Source: an uncultured Clostridia bacterium
Lineage (GTDB): Bacteria > Bacillota > Clostridia > Oscillospirales > QAMX01
Length of the DNA: 46,294 bases
Direction: 5' to 3'
NCBI GenBank assembly: GCA_944380935.1
Contig: CALWJF010000065.1
Location: 1-46,294, forward strand
The notes under the pieces are model-generated. The model had not been told where the DNA came from, ran no database searches, and saw only the letters and a program-made list of their open reading frames with translations. Made by a program: the position numbers and the translations under genes. Shown piece by piece: positions 1 to 9,740 of this stretch (position 1 is its first letter; each line of letters starts with the position of its first letter).

Positions 1-153
1 CCGGCGCTTCCGCTTTCCGGCAATACAACTCTGCGGATTGATACTCTTTAAACGACAGCTCTGCAAACCCCCAGATATCGTCGCTGACACCGGTAAACAA
101 ACCGGCATTTTCTTCGATATACTGAATCGCGCCTTCTTTATTTGCATTCATAC

Positions 154-879
154 TCATAATAACACCTTACTTAAAAAGTCTTTCGTCCGCGGGTTTTGCG
201 GATGGTTAAAAATTTCCTGCGGGGTTCCGGATTCCGCAATCACCCCTTCATCCATAAAAAGAATCCGGTCCGACACTTCACGGGCAAATCCCATTTCATG
301 TGTAACAATCACGGTGGTCATTCCTTCGCGCACCAGATCCTTAATTACCATAAGCACTTCACCAACCATTTCCGGGTCCAGTGCGCTGGTCGGCTCATCA
401 AACAGCATTACATCCGGTTCCATCGCCAATGCACGTACAATGGCAAGCCGCTGCTTTTGTCCGCCGGACAAGCGGCTTGGATGCTCGTCAATTTTTTCCA
501 GCAGCCCAACGCGCGCAAGCAGTGCCTTTGCCATTTCATCGGCTTCTTCCTTCGTCTTTTTCTTTAACAATACCGGCGCAAGGGTGATATTTTCCTTTAC
601 AGACAGATGCGGAAAGACGTTAAAGTGCTGAAATACCATTCCCATTTTCTGCCGGTGCAGATTAATATCCACTTTTTTGGCCGTGATATCGACACCTTCA
701 AAAATTATCTGCCCTTTTTCCGGGATTTCCAGCATATTCAGGCAGCGCAGGAAAGTGCTCTTCCCGCCTCCGGACGGCCCGATAATGGATACGACTTCCC
801 GGGGCTTAATATGTTCGTTAACGCCCTTCAAAACATGAAGCTGTCCAAAACTTTTATGTAAATCCACAACCTTAATCAC
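154..879 (-). CDS. Polar amino acid ABC transporter ATP-binding protein (GlnQ/ArtM family)
   Basis: Walker [17 protein letters not shown] signature, Walker [21 protein letters not shown]-loop. Confidence 0.95.
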   Translation of the reverse strand: MIKVVDLHKSFGQLHVLKGVNEHIKPREVVSIIGPSGGGKSTFLRCLNMLEIPEKGQIIFEGVDITAKKVDINLHRQKMGMVFQHFNVFPHLSVKENITLAPVLLKKKTKEEADEMAKALLARVGLLEKIDEHPSRLSGGQKQRLAIVRALAMEPDVMLFDEPTSALDPEMVGEVLMVIKDLVREGMTTVIVTHEMGFAREVSDRILFMDEGVIAESGTPQEIFNHPQNPRTKDFLSKVLL

Positions 880-1555
880 TGCTTTTCAATCTCCTTTCAT
901 AAACGCCGATAATCTTCGAAAGCGTAAACGTGAGTACAAAATAGATCACGCCGACAATAAACAGGCATTCAAAGGACAAATATGTGATCCCTCTGACTTT
1001 CAAATAGGAAGTCATCAGGTCGCCGATAAAGAATGTGGATGCAAGAGACGTCTCTTTGATAATCATAACAAATTCATTGCCCAACGCCGGGAGAATATTT
1101 TTAATGGCCTGCGGCAAGACAATTTTCAGCATGGTCTGCCGGGCGTTCAAACCCAGGCTGCGCGCCGCTTCCGACTGGCCGCGATCCACCGCCTGAATTC
1201 CGGAACGGATAACCTCGGATACATAGGCCGACGAGTTAATAACCAACGCCACAGAAATCGACGTAAAGTCGCTCATTTCCAAAAACGGCAGCAGTTCAGG
1301 AAAAACAAAATAACCGAAATATAACTGCAAAAGGATCGGCGTACCGCGGATCACCTCGACAAAAGCCGTAATAATCCACACCAGCGGCTTAAACCGCGAA
1401 CGTTTCCCCAACGCAAGCAGGGAGCCTAAAATTGCGCCGAAAAAGACGGTTATAACCGACAGGATCAGCGTATAGCTGACGCCTTCTATCAGAAAAACCT
1501 GCCAGTATTCAGACATGATTTTTACAATATTATGACAAATTGTACCGATATCCAC
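872..1555 (-). CDS. Polar amino acid ABC transporter permease (HisM/GlnP family)
   Basis: IRGTPILLQ and [10 protein letters not shown] (EAA) motifs; start moved to GTG at 1555 behind a GGAGG RBS. Confidence 0.93.
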   Translation of the reverse strand: MDIGTICHNIVKIMSEYWQVFLIEGVSYTLILSVITVFFGAILGSLLALGKRSRFKPLVWIITAFVEVIRGTPILLQLYFGYFVFPELLPFLEMSDFTSISVALVINSSAYVSEVIRSGIQAVDRGQSEAARSLGLNARQTMLKIVLPQAIKNILPALGNEFVMIIKETSLASTFFIGDLMTSYLKVRGITYLSFECLFIVGVIYFVLTFTLSKIIGVYERRLKSSD

Positions 1556-1651
1556 AATATTCCCTCCGTAGCTGACGTTTCCCTTTAACCGACGGGAAAG
1601 CACGACCAGCGAAAAAACTGCGCTGGCCGTGCTGCGATATTGATTTGTATT

Positions 1652-2611
1652 TTATTCGTTTTCAGCGTCTTCGCCGCCGTCTTCTTGGGTGCCTTCCGTG
1701 TCCGCTTCGCCGCCTTCAGCATCCCCTTCGGTGCCTTCCGCGTCTTCTTCGCCGCCGTCTTCCTTAATATTACCGTCATCGTCGTATTCGATTTCTGCAG
1801 CAGTATCAATACCGGCAAGCGCTTTGGCTTCTGCATACCATTCGCCATACAAGCCGGCTTCATATGCTTTGGCTAAAATAGCGTTGACCTGCTCAAGAAG
1901 CTCGGTATCCTGCTTGTTCATCAAAATGACATTGTTCTGCTGATCCTCGGTTACCTCAAACAGGAAGCCGGACATCGCAACGTCCGGGTTATTGGCAATA
2001 ATTGCTTCCGCATTGCCCACTGCAACGGCAACAGCGTCAACCTTATCGGTTTTCAATGCCATAACCGCATCGTCAACCGTCTTATACGTCTTAATGGTCA
2101 CGGAATCCGGCAGCTGGGCAGTACACAGATCCATCTGCAGGGAAGCGTCCTGTGCAGCAACGGTCAGATTCGCAAAATCTTCGGCAGCAGAGTAGGTCCC
2201 TGCTTCATCCGCCATTACGATAATGGTCTGTTCCGTTTCATTATCCCCGGCATAGTAGAAATCGGAAAGCAGATAGTTTTCTTCCCGGTCATCCGTCTTG
2301 GAAAAGCCGGAAATCGACATATCCACGTTTCCAAGCTGCACCGCCGTCTGGCACGCTTCAAAGCTCATCGCCTTGATTTCCAAATCCATGCCCATTTCCT
2401 GTGCGATATATTTGGCAAGCATAACGTCAAAACCAACATACTGATCCTGTCCGGATTTGGATACGTCTACAAACTCCATCGGCGCAAAGTCCGGAGAAAG
2501 CGCAACCGTCAGGACCTCCTTCTCCTCCCCTTCCTGCGGCGGATTGGAACAGCCTGCAAGCATCGCCGCCATCATCAAAACTGCAAGTACAAGCGCCAAT
2601 AATTTTTTCAT
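1652..2611 (-). CDS. Amino acid ABC substrate-binding lipoprotein (SBP_bac_3) with acidic C-terminal tail
   Basis: MKK start at 2611, lipobox LAGC, SPDFAPMEF and YVGFDV motifs; operon with permease and ATPase. Confidence 0.92.
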   Translation of the reverse strand: MKKLLALVLAVLMMAAMLAGCSNPPQEGEEKEVLTVALSPDFAPMEFVDVSKSGQDQYVGFDVMLAKYIAQEMGMDLEIKAMSFEACQTAVQLGNVDMSISGFSKTDDREENYLLSDFYYAGDNETEQTIIVMADEAGTYSAAEDFANLTVAAQDASLQMDLCTAQLPDSVTIKTYKTVDDAVMALKTDKVDAVAVAVGNAEAIIANNPDVAMSGFLFEVTEDQQNNVILMNKQDTELLEQVNAILAKAYEAGLYGEWYAEAKALAGIDTAAEIEYDDDGNIKEDGGEEDAEGTEGDAEGGEADTEGTQEDGGEDAENE

Positions 2612-2680
2612 TTTTCTATCCTTCTTTCTAATTCTTCCAGCGGCAGCACCTGCCGTCATGGGTTTTTAAACGATGTGGCT

Positions 2681-2709
2681 ATTATACACGTCTATCCTTT
2701 CTTTGTCAA
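2681..2709 (-). promoter_or_regulatory. sigma-A promoter of the amino acid ABC operon
   Basis: TTGACA-N17-TATAAT on minus strand. Confidence 0.8.
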
Positions 2710-2991
2710 CGGATAATTATATCTAAATACGAATAAAAATTTGTGCTCATCTTTTATCAATTCGCAAAACTTGAAAACAACTTCCCATTTATAGATGAAA
2801 AGAGTCGAGATTCTTCGGATTTTATATTAACTTGTAGGTATATTTATTCATTCGTTCTGTACGCACCCGTAAGCGTTCCCCAGACTCCCGATAAAAAGAA
2901 ATCCCGGGGCACATCCGCTCCGGGATAAATCCTTTATTCTTTTACAAAGAGAACCGGTCTACGCCTTCGGTAGAAAAGTACCAGTTACCCC

Positions 2992-3219
2992 TCAGATGTG
3001 TGCTTCGATATAGGACACAATATCGCCGACTGCACGCAATTCCTGCGCTTCTTCGTCGCTGACCGTCACGCCAAATTCATCCTCAATACACAGAAGTAAA
3101 GTCACGACATCCAGCGAATCCGCACCAAGATCATTAATGATATCCGTCGATTCCGTTATATCATTGACATCTGCGCCAAGCTGCTCGGCAAGAATAGACG
3201 CTACTTTTTCAAAAATCAT
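2992..3219 (-). CDS. acpP: Acyl carrier protein
   Basis: 75 aa acidic protein with DLGADSLD phosphopantetheine site. Confidence 0.95.
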   Translation of the reverse strand: MIFEKVASILAEQLGADVNDITESTDIINDLGADSLDVVTLLLCIEDEFGVTVSDEEAQELRAVGDIVSYIEAHI

Positions 3220-3263
3220 TGAAAGGTCCCCCTAGCATTTCTATCTGTTGATTGGATAGCAAT

Positions 3264-3292
3264 ATCATAATACAACAAATATAGAGTGTCAA
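3264..3292 (-). promoter_or_regulatory. sigma-A promoter of acpP
   Basis: TTGACA-N17-TATGAT on minus strand. Confidence 0.7.
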
Positions 3293-3345
3293 CTATTATT
3301 CATTATAAAATTTCGGAAAATGCAGTTTTTTTGTTTTAAAAGCTT

Positions 3346-3384
3346 GAACATTTGTTTGCTTTTTTGGAGTGCTTATGCTATACT
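3346..3384 (+). promoter_or_regulatory. lexA promoter with overlapping SOS (Cheo) box
   Basis: GAAC-ATTT-GTTT at 3346-3357 (Firmicute GAAC-N4-GTTC, 1 mismatch) overlapping TTGCTT-N17-TATACT with extended -10 TG. Confidence 0.8.
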
Positions 3385-3409
3385 GTAATTAAAGGAGGGA
3401 CAGCAGGCC

Positions 3410-4036
3410 ATGAAACAAAATAAAATTTCTGAAAAGCAATATGAAATTCTTTCTTTTATACAAAAAACAACCCGGGAAAAGGGCTTTCCGCCATCTGTGC
3501 GAGAAATTGCGGAGGCTGTCGGTCTTCGCTCCCCTTCTACCGTACATGCCCATTTAAAAGTCCTCGACCGCGAAGGGTATATCAAACGTGACGGACATAA
3601 AATGCGCGCCATCCGTACCGCCGATCCCGTTGACGCTGATCCGTCTTTTGACGAGGACAATCTCATGCGCGTCCCGCTCATCGGCCGCGTTACGGCGGGC
3701 CTCCCCATTCTGGCCGTTGAAGATATCGAAGGCTATGTTTCCTTTGACGCCTCGCACAGTTCCGGCGAGCATTTCGCGCTGCATGTACAGGGTGATTCCA
3801 TGATTAACGCCGGGATTTTTGACGGTGACATCATCATCGTGCGCCGGCAGCCAACCGCGCAGCAGCGCGACATTGTCGTCGCACTTTTGGGCGAGGAGGC
3901 CACCGTCAAACGCTTCATGATGCGCGGCGGGCATCCCTGGCTGATGCCGGAAAACCCCGACTATGACCCAATCGATGCCGAAGGTGCGGAGATTTTAGGG
4001 AAAGTGGTCTTTTTGATGCGCAGTTACAGCGAATAA
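3410..4036 (+). CDS. lexA: SOS repressor LexA
   Basis: GFPPSVREI wHTH, VTAG Ala-Gly cleavage site, GDSM Ser, ATVKR Lys. Confidence 0.97.
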   Translation: MKQNKISEKQYEILSFIQKTTREKGFPPSVREIAEAVGLRSPSTVHAHLKVLDREGYIKRDGHKMRAIRTADPVDADPSFDEDNLMRVPLIGRVTAGLPILAVEDIEGYVSFDASHSSGEHFALHVQGDSMINAGIFDGDIIIVRRQPTAQQRDIVVALLGEEATVKRFMMRGGHPWLMPENPDYDPIDAEGAEILGKVVFLMRSYSE

Positions 4037-4055
4037 ACAAAAACCATTCATATAT

Positions 4056-4100
4056 ACCAGGCGCCCTGTGGACAGCTTCACAGAGCGCCTGGTTCTTATT
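4056..4100 (+). terminator. Intrinsic terminator after lexA
   Basis: ACCAGGCGC...GCGCCTGGT stem followed by T-rich tract. Confidence 0.7.
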
Positions 4101-4118
4101 CTTTTGCAATCTTCTGCT

Positions 4119-4460
4119 TTACAGCACGCCAGTTTGATTCAAAATCCACAGCGCGGCAACCGAAAGCGCGATGGGAATCCACACCGCAGACAGACACATA
4201 AGCCAACCCGGAACCTGCTTCGGATAAAGACGCCTTTTATGGATCCATACCCCAAGCGCGCACTCGCTGCAGACAAAGATAATCAGCCCCATATAGCTTA
4301 AAAAGGGCAGCGCCCGATGATAAGGAGGCAGAGGGAAGCGGTCCAGTAAAGCCATTGAAGTACGGACCGCAACAAGGCTCAGGCAGCTTGCCGGCAGCAA
4401 CGCCGCGGCGGCAAGAATATCGATACGTCTTTTTCCGCATTTCTTATCCTTCTTGCACAT
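4119..4460 (-). CDS. Small hypothetical membrane protein (about 3 TM), start uncertain or frameshifted
   Basis: Three hydrophobic segments. The best RBS+ATG (4440) is out of frame by one base at an A5 run; an in-frame ATG at 4460 has no good RBS. Confidence 0.5.
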   Translation of the reverse strand: MCKKDKKCGKRRIDILAAAALLPASCLSLVAVRTSMALLDRFPLPPYHRALPFLSYMGLIIFVCSECALGVWIHKRRLYPKQVPGWLMCLSAVWIPIALSVAALWILNQTGVL

Positions 4461-4477
4461 TTTTATCAAAGATCGTA

Positions 4478-4825
4478 TCAATACCCGTACATATCCAAAT
4501 ACCAATCACCATACTTTCCGGGATATGGATTGGAAAACCTATCATTGTGGGGAGAATATCTTGTGTAAGTCTTATGTAGCACGCCATCTACAAAACTATA
4601 ATCAATCCTCATGAAATGATCATCACGCATCGTTTCAAAACAGTCGTACATTGCGCCTCGATCTATCCTGGATAATATTCCCCAATCAATTTCAATAGCG
4701 GCGACTACCGCAGCTACCGAAATCGCAAAAGGCGCACGCCCTAAGTCTAAAATGCGATCAATCGCCGCTGCAATGGCAGTTGCTGTTGCGGATGCGGCAA
4801 GATTCTCCAGCTCTGCAAAAGCATC
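4478..4825 (-). pseudogene. Start-less 115-codon open frame (DAFAELENLAASATATAIAAAI...GKYGDWYLDMYGY*), probable truncated gene
   Basis: Manually translated stop-free frame missing from the ORF track; upstream TTGACA and AAGGA-TTG start lie in a different frame. Confidence 0.5.
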
Positions 4826-4955
4826 CTATCCAATTTATTCCTTCTGTATTGAAATGTTTTTGTTTAAAATAACCTTTCAATATGAAATTTGTCAAGAGAA
4901 ACATATGATTATTATTTAATCAGATGATTTTGCTTTTTATTCAAAAATCCTGCAT

Positions 4956-5015
4956 AAAAAATCCCCCTGCCTATGTCCGCCGGGATTTTCGGGAACACAG
5001 GCAGGGGGGGATTTT
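4956..5015 (-). terminator. Terminator after ileS
   Basis: AAAATCCCCCTGCCT...AGGCAGGGGG(GG)ATTTT inverted repeat with A/T tails. Confidence 0.7.
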
Positions 5016-8000
5016 ACTTCGCGATCTTCAGCGTTACGGTATCTTCGCCGATTTCAACGGCCTTCTCCATCACGTACGCATCCGCTTCGCCCAGCGTAGC
5101 CAGCGCTTCGCGCTCGATATCCGCGCGATAGGCATCGACAACTTTGGCGATCTCCGCGGAATCCGTCACGACGGCGAGGCGCACGCGGTCGTCCACGCGG
5201 AAACCGGCCTCGCGGCGCAGCACCTGGCAGTTGCGCAGCAGGTCGCGGTAAAACCCTTCGGCGCGCAGCGCATCGGTAATCGTCACATCCATGGCGACAA
5301 GTTCTTCGATCTTATCGGTTGTATGCGCGGCGATGTGCGGCTTGGTTTTGGACAGAAGGTTGAACTGATCCGCTGCAATCGGCGCATCGTAGCCGGGCAG
5401 CGTCACCGCCTCGCCCGCCTTGCATTGTGCAGTAGCAGCAGCCATCTCTTCTTCTGTAAGGCCGTCGAGCAGGCCCTTGACCTTCTGCAGATCGCCTTTG
5501 AGCGTCCGGCCCGCAACTTTGAAGTTCAGCTGCAAGTAATGATCCTCCAGCAGGGAAGTATCTTCGACAAAGACAATGTCCTTGACATTCAGTTCCTCGC
5601 GGATTACTGCCAGATAGGGGGCAAGCTCCGCTTCACGGGACTGATGCAGATACAGCGTCGACAGCGGCTGACGCACCTTGATCTGCCGTTCGTTTCGCAG
5701 CTTCAGCGCAGTTGCGATCACCTCGCGCGCTTCGGCGGTCGCATCGAGCAGCGCCTGATCGATTTCCCCGGCTTTCGGGAAACCGGCCAGATGTACGCTT
5801 TCCGCAGCATCCGGCTGATACTTGCGCACCATATTCTGCCAGATATATTCCGTCATAAACGGGATAATCGGCGCCATCACGCCGCAAATACGGCGGATCG
5901 CATAAAACAGCGCCGTATAGGCTTCCTGTTTGTCGGCATCCTCGCCTTCTTTCCAGAAGCGGCGGCGGCCGGTACGGACATACCAGTTCGAGACATCATC
6001 TACGCATTGTTCAAATGCACGTACGACATCCGAGGTGTTGAAGTTCTCATAGGTGCGTGTTGCGGATTCCACAAACGCCGCGATCCGTGAAGCGAGCCAA
6101 CGGTCGGAGAGATTTTTATATACAGGCTCTGCGCCGATGGTCGGTTTATCAATCTCCGCGTAAGTTTCAAAGAAAGTATAAATATTCCAAAGGCCCAGCA
6201 TCTTGCGGCGGGCCTCGTCGCCCAGATTATAACCGAAGCGCACGTCAGAAGCGACGTTGGCGCCCGCGTAGAGGTAACGGATCGCGTCGGCGCCGATGCG
6301 TTCGGCCGCTTCGTCAAAGCGGATCATGAAACCGGTCTTGGAGAATCGGGAACCGTCTTCCGATACGACGGAATTATACGCCAGCACACGCTTATACGGC
6401 GCGCGGCCGGTCAGCGTGACGGACATAAACAGAATCGAATAGAACCACAGGCGCACCTGCTCGCGCATTTCGGTGACCCAGTCTGCCGGGAACTGCGTTT
6501 CCCAATACGCACGATCCGTAAAATAACCGAGCGTGGAAAACGGCGTAATACCTGCGTCGAGCCATACGTCTCCCACGGACGGGATTCGGTGCACCTGCGC
6601 GCCGCAGTAGGGGCAGCGGATCGTAACTTCGTCGATCCAGGGGCGGTGCAATTCCGGTAATGCGTCCACCTTTGCCGGGTCCTCCGCAAGCTCGCGCAGC
6701 TGCGCACGCGACCCCACAACGGTCACCTTTCCGCAGTCCGGGCAGACATAGAACGGCAGCGGCAGACCGTAATAGCGTTTCCGTGAAATATTCCAGTCGC
6801 CCATGTTATTGAGCCAGTCCATCATGCGCTTGCCAATATAGGGCGGGTCCCAGATCACGCCCTCGGCGGCTTGAATCAGCTGCGGGCGGATTTCTTCTGT
6901 TTTAATATACCACTCCTCAACCAGTCGGAAGAGCACCTGGCTCTTGCAGCGCCAGCAGACGGGATACATATGGGTAAACTCCATCGTCTTATACAGCTTG
7001 CCCAGTTCTTTAAGTTTCGCAAAAATCGGCTGCGCCGCTTCTGCTGCGGTCAGGCCGGAAAGGAAATCATAATTGTCGTAAATTTTTCCGGATTCGTCAA
7101 TCGGGCAGATCTCAGCAAGGCCCAACGAACGGCCCAGTTCAAAGTCCTCTGCACCGCAGCCCGGCGCAATGTGTACAACACCGGAGCCTTCGTCTGCCGC
7201 AACGTCTTCCCACGGTACAACTTTATGCTCCACGCCCTGCTGCACAGGCAGCATCGGGAAAATCGATTCATAGGTCAGCCCAACCAACGCCTCGCCCTTG
7301 AACGTTTCCAGCACGGTTTTGGCGCCGTCTATATATCCGAGCGAGCTTTTCGCCAGAACCAGCGGGCGCGGCGAATCATCCGTCAGGATTTTGACATAGG
7401 TCAGCTCCGGATTCACCGCCAGCGCTACATTTGCCGAAAGCGTCCACGGCGTTGTCGTCCATACCAGCAAGTCGAAGTCGCGCTGTGCCATCGGGACACG
7501 CACAAAAACAGAAGTATGCGTCACTTCTTTATGCGAACCGGTCATTTCATGCTCGGACAGCGACGTCCCGCAGCGCGGGCACCACGGCATCGGACGGTTT
7601 TCCGTCGTAATCCAGCCGCGGTCATTGCACACTTTCAAAAAGTGCCAGATTCCTTCAATATTCTCGTCGGTATTGGTATAATAGGAATTGTCCCAGTCCA
7701 TCCATTGCCCCAGCCGTTTGGACTGTTCCGTAATAATCCCGGAAAATTTCTTTACGCGATCTACACACTTGCGCGTAAATTTATCCATACCATAGGCTTC
7801 AATGTCGCGTTTACCGGAAAAGCCCAGTTCCTTTTCCACCTCGACTTCCACCCAAAGCCCCTGGCCGTCAAATCCATTGCGGTAATGGCAAGCGTGCCCC
7901 GTCATACCCTGATAGCGCAGGATAATATCTTTGATACTGCGGCCCCAGGCATGGTGTACGCCCATTGGGTTATTGGCCGTAATCGGCCCGTCAAGGAACC

Positions 8001-8109
8001 GGAACACCGGCCCGTTTTCGTTTTTCTTCATGAGCTTTTTCTGAAACCCTTCCCGCTCCCACAGGTCCAGAATCTCATGTTCCATTTGAATAAAATCAGG
8101 CTTTACCAT
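5014..8109 (-). CDS. ileS: Isoleucine--tRNA ligase, type 2 (eukaryote/archaea-like IleRS2)
   Basis: FLDGPITAN, WTTTPWTL, GSGVVHIAP, DWNISRKR motifs; IleRS2-type C-terminus; start ATG 8109 behind GGAGG; Ile T-box upstream. Confidence 0.96.
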   Translation of the reverse strand: MVKPDFIQMEHEILDLWEREGFQKKLMKKNENGPVFRFLDGPITANNPMGVHHAWGRSIKDIILRYQGMTGHACHYRNGFDGQGLWVEVEVEKELGFSGKRDIEAYGMDKFTRKCVDRVKKFSGIITEQSKRLGQWMDWDNSYYTNTDENIEGIWHFLKVCNDRGWITTENRPMPWCPRCGTSLSEHEMTGSHKEVTHTSVFVRVPMAQRDFDLLVWTTTPWTLSANVALAVNPELTYVKILTDDSPRPLVLAKSSLGYIDGAKTVLETFKGEALVGLTYESIFPMLPVQQGVEHKVVPWEDVAADEGSGVVHIAPGCGAEDFELGRSLGLAEICPIDESGKIYDNYDFLSGLTAAEAAQPIFAKLKELGKLYKTMEFTHMYPVCWRCKSQVLFRLVEEWYIKTEEIRPQLIQAAEGVIWDPPYIGKRMMDWLNNMGDWNISRKRYYGLPLPFYVCPDCGKVTVVGSRAQLRELAEDPAKVDALPELHRPWIDEVTIRCPYCGAQVHRIPSVGDVWLDAGITPFSTLGYFTDRAYWETQFPADWVTEMREQVRLWFYSILFMSVTLTGRAPYKRVLAYNSVVSEDGSRFSKTGFMIRFDEAAERIGADAIRYLYAGANVASDVRFGYNLGDEARRKMLGLWNIYTFFETYAEIDKPTIGAEPVYKNLSDRWLASRIAAFVESATRTYENFNTSDVVRAFEQCVDDVSNWYVRTGRRRFWKEGEDADKQEAYTALFYAIRRICGVMAPIIPFMTEYIWQNMVRKYQPDAAESVHLAGFPKAGEIDQALLDATAEAREVIATALKLRNERQIKVRQPLSTLYLHQSREAELAPYLAVIREELNVKDIVFVEDTSLLEDHYLQLNFKVAGRTLKGDLQKVKGLLDGLTEEEMAAATAQCKAGEAVTLPGYDAPIAADQFNLLSKTKPHIAAHTTDKIEELVAMDVTITDALRAEGFYRDLLRNCQVLRREAGFRVDDRVRLAVVTDSAEIAKVVDAYRADIEREALATLGEADAYVMEKAVEIGEDTVTLKIAK

Positions 8110-8129
8110 GGTAAACCTCCCGAAAAAGT

Positions 8130-8365
8130 TAAATAAAAAACCTCGTCCCGGCAACCGGAGACGAGGCGTACTGCACTCGTTTATACCACCTTTTGCGCGC
8201 ACTGCATGCGTTCGCCCGATAACGGCGGCGGCGCCGGCGCAGCCTACTCAAACCCGTTCGGTGCGCAGCTCGGGAGCGATTTCCATACTGCCGCGCCGCC
8301 GGGCTTCCACCCGCCCCGGCTCGCTTCCGGCGTTTTTGCCGCATGGAGTTCTCCGTCATTGCCTT
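8130..8365 (-). promoter_or_regulatory. T-box riboswitch (Ile, AUC specifier) leader of ileS
   Basis: Minus strand: GGUGGAAG stem I apex, GAA-AUC specifier, AGUA and GCCGUUA elements, AAGGUGGUA T-box, terminator CCUCGUCUCCGGUUGCCGGGACGAGG-U6. Confidence 0.9.
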
Positions 8366-8375
8366 TAACAGAACA

Positions 8376-8404
8376 TTTATACACCAAAACCAGATTTTTG
8401 TCAA
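8376..8404 (-). promoter_or_regulatory. sigma-A promoter of the ileS T-box leader
   Basis: TTGACA-N17-TATAAA on minus strand. Confidence 0.8.
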
Positions 8405-8756
8405 GTACCGCCCGCAATTTTAGCGCCTTTTTGAAAGCAAATCTGAAAAACTGTCATTTGCACCTGTCCCGTATTTTTATCATAAGGATAAAGCGCCGGA
8501 GGATTACGGAAATGGTCTGTTTTCTACTTCGCATCCCCATACATAAGCCCCGCTTTATGCGGAAGAATAAGCGTATCCTGTATATACAATTTTCTATAAA
8601 AAAGCTTTTGCACTGCACGACAGGCTACCAGAATAGAATATTTTTATGAAATCAAAGTTTATTTAGTGAAATTTAGTTGACTTTTTTCCGTTTTTGGGTC
8701 ATGATATAAAGTGTATGAATTTTCGTTTTTGAAACAAAGGCAGAGGTGATCAAAGC

Positions 8757-9686
8757 ATGAACATACTTCACTTAAAATATGCGGTGGAAATTGCCAATAC
8801 AAAATCCATCAGTAAAGCTGCGGAAAACCTGTACATGGGACAGCCCAACCTCAGCCGCGCGATGAAAGAGCTGGAGGAAAGCCTTGGCATTTCCATCTTC
8901 AAACGCACTTCCAAAGGGATCACCATTACCCCAGAAGGCGAAGAATTTTTGCAATACGCGCGCCGGATTGTAAGGCAAGTCGATGAAGTGGAGTCTTTAT
9001 ATCGCAATGGAAAAAGCGACAAGAAAACCTTTTCCGTATGCGTACCGCGGGCAAGCTACGTTGCAAACGCCTTTTCGGCCTTCTCCGGCCGTCTGTCCAC
9101 CGATACGCCGATAGAAATTATTTACCGTGAAACCAATTCCATGCGTACCATCCGCAATATTGTCGATGAGGACAACGACCTGGGCATCATCCGGTACCAG
9201 GCCTCCTTCGACCGGTATTTCCGTTCCCTGTTCAACGAAAAAAAGCTGACTGCCGAAACCATCACGGAATTTTCCTATGTGCTGCTGATGTCGCGCCAGC
9301 ATCCGCTGGCCGGCCGCGAGGACATCAAACTGCGCGAACTTTCCGATTATATTGAAATTACCCACGCGGATTCCTATGTGCCTTCGCTGCCGCTGATCGA
9401 CGTCAAAAAAGCGGAGCTTTCGGAATATGTAAACAAGCGGATTTTCGTCTTTGAACGCGCCAGCCAATATGAGCTGCTGGAACGGGTTCCGAATACCTTT
9501 ATGTGGGTTTCGCCGGTTTCGCAGTCGCTTCTGGACAAGTACAGCCTGATTCAGAAAAAATGCACCTCCAATAAAAAGATTTACAAGGATGTGCTCATTT
9601 ACCGCAAAGGCTACTCTTTTACCGATTTAGACCGGCAGTTTATCGAAGAGCTCAACCAGGCAAAGCTTGGGCTGGACATGGGGTAA
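8757..9686 (+). CDS. LysR-family transcriptional regulator
   Basis: SISKAAENLYMGQPNLSRAMKELEESLG HTH_1, 309 aa. Confidence 0.93.
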   Translation: MNILHLKYAVEIANTKSISKAAENLYMGQPNLSRAMKELEESLGISIFKRTSKGITITPEGEEFLQYARRIVRQVDEVESLYRNGKSDKKTFSVCVPRASYVANAFSAFSGRLSTDTPIEIIYRETNSMRTIRNIVDEDNDLGIIRYQASFDRYFRSLFNEKKLTAETITEFSYVLLMSRQHPLAGREDIKLRELSDYIEITHADSYVPSLPLIDVKKAELSEYVNKRIFVFERASQYELLERVPNTFMWVSPVSQSLLDKYSLIQKKCTSNKKIYKDVLIYRKGYSFTDLDRQFIEELNQAKLGLDMG

Positions 9687-9696
9687 TGCAAATAAC

Positions 9697-9728
9697 AGAA
9701 GGCCGCCGATTGATGGCGGCCTTTTTTG
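9697..9728. terminator. Bidirectional terminator
   Basis: AAGGCCGCC-GATTGAT-GGCGGCCTT stem between convergent genes. Confidence 0.75.
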
Positions 9729-9740
9729 GTACTGTCTGCC

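Noticed and set aside
2708-2852. ARG-box-like sequences upstream of the amino acid ABC operon
   Set aside because: Too many mismatches in AT-rich DNA to support by eye
3308-3322. CodY-like box AAATTTCGGAAAATG
   Set aside because: Three mismatches in an AT-rich spacer
4826-4828. Third in-frame TAG as readthrough evidence
   Set aside because: An in-frame TAA lies three codons upstream, so readthrough would not restore a gene
4924-8136. 388-aa and 421-aa plus-strand ORFs
   Set aside because: Antisense to ileS, no recognisable domains
8110-8202. N-terminal extension of IleRS in the ORF track
   Set aside because: Overlaps the T-box antiterminator/terminator; true start is ATG 8109 with RBS
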